Of a DNA stretch of 64,000 nucleotides, positions 63,033-64,000 are shown piece by piece. Under the pieces are notes generated by a model, which was given only the letters and a program-made list of their open reading frames with translations, was not told the DNA's origin and searched no databases. The stretch is from Mizuhopecten yessoensis (lineage: Eukaryota). Numbering within the stretch: position 1 is the stretch's first letter; each line of letters opens with the position of its first letter. The DNA lies in assembly GCF_002113885.1 (NCBI RefSeq), contig NW_018406762.1:1142834-1206833 (forward strand). Reading direction: 5' to 3'. A program made the position numbers and the translations under genes.

Positions 63033-64000
63033 AGGGGAGGGGCAATGGAAAATGAACATAGGAAGGAGATTTATAACCAAGGGAGGTAATAAATGGGCAA
63101 AATATAGTGATCCAGGTTGTTGTTTTTTATATAAAAGGGGAAACATTTAGGGAAATTCATTTAGGGGAAATTGGAGAAATGGATCAAAAAATGTATTTAA
63201 AAAAAATTGGCTTCAGGGTCACTAAATGTGGGTTTACTACAGCATTAGAATCTGAAATTATCCTTATCAACAAACTAAATGTACAGAATTATCACAGAAA
63301 TTGGTTTGTACTGGGTAACATTAGAATAACTACCTCAGAGCTATCACTCATTGGATGGTGGGAAGGATCCATACTGACAAGGAGGGCCTTATGTAAGGAT
63401 GATAGGGAAAGTCTGGTTTGGAGGAGAAGAGTTTAATGCTAGGACAAATACATCAACGTTTTGGCTAAAAATTGTGATCTCTAGAATGATCGAAATTCTG
63501 TTATACAGTTGGTGCTCAAAATATGTCAAATCTTGCTACGATAAGGAGAGGATTTTCAGTAGCAAACAACTAAAAACAAAGAGTTTATAGAAAGTTTAAG
63601 ATAAACAATTTCATTGACAGTTAAAGATTCCCATGATGAGGTAGAATTCTTAATGAGGGAAACATTACCAGGTCAGGTGTCCCGATTTTCAACCCTGTAT
63701 AGGTAAGGATATTTAGTGTTTTACAAATAGACCGAAATATTTGTAACCAACCTATTTATACCAGCAATAATGTATGGCATTCATTGATTTTTTTTTTGAT
63801 GAAAATGATAAAACTGTGATCATAATAGAAACTGTATTTTCCTAATATTCTGCTTATTATTTGAGTCTAGAGAATTTGAGTTTATAATAATAGTAATAAT
63901 ATTGATTTGGGATCTTGTATACCGCTTTATCACAAACTAGTTCGTAAGTCGTCTCAAAGCGGTACACAGATTATTATCCGTGGTTATAGGGCCTTTGCAA

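Overview
AT-rich metazoan genomic DNA with spliceosomal introns. The repeat families (HINE/Helentron ends, tRNA-headed SINEs with an (AAAC)n tail, TTAA- and TA-flanked MITEs) point to a bivalve mollusc, which is an inference. Three protein-coding genes can be built by hand from GT-AG exons with consistent phases. (1) The 3' 20 exons of condensin II subunit NCAPG2 (+, 1118-19586; 5' end outside the window). (2) A 277-aa PAR/C-EBP-like bZIP transcription factor (-, 25173-23532). (3) A complete 530-aa activin type II receptor (-, 52653-46957). Between the bZIP and receptor genes lie a satellite-bounded tandem duplication carrying a young 5'-truncated LINE and a HINE-type element. The most unusual signals are these. 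(a) Six tandem arrays in NCAPG2 are built from the gene's own functional boundaries (two acceptors, three donors, the stop codon), including an apparent hand-off of an acceptor to the last repeat copy and an in-frame ladder of donors. (b) The bZIP mRNA leader has an ATF4-like layout (AUG-UAG start-stop element plus an out-of-frame overlapping uORF), and the protein has a DHDY HCF-binding motif. (c) A 1.57-kb TTAGGG-containing 16-mer array fills the last NCAPG2 intron. (d) A 29-bp palindrome with a 7-bp TSD looks like a P/Galileo-type excision footprint. (e) Short LTR-like units contain tRNA-type A/B boxes. All calls are by eye; no database search was run.
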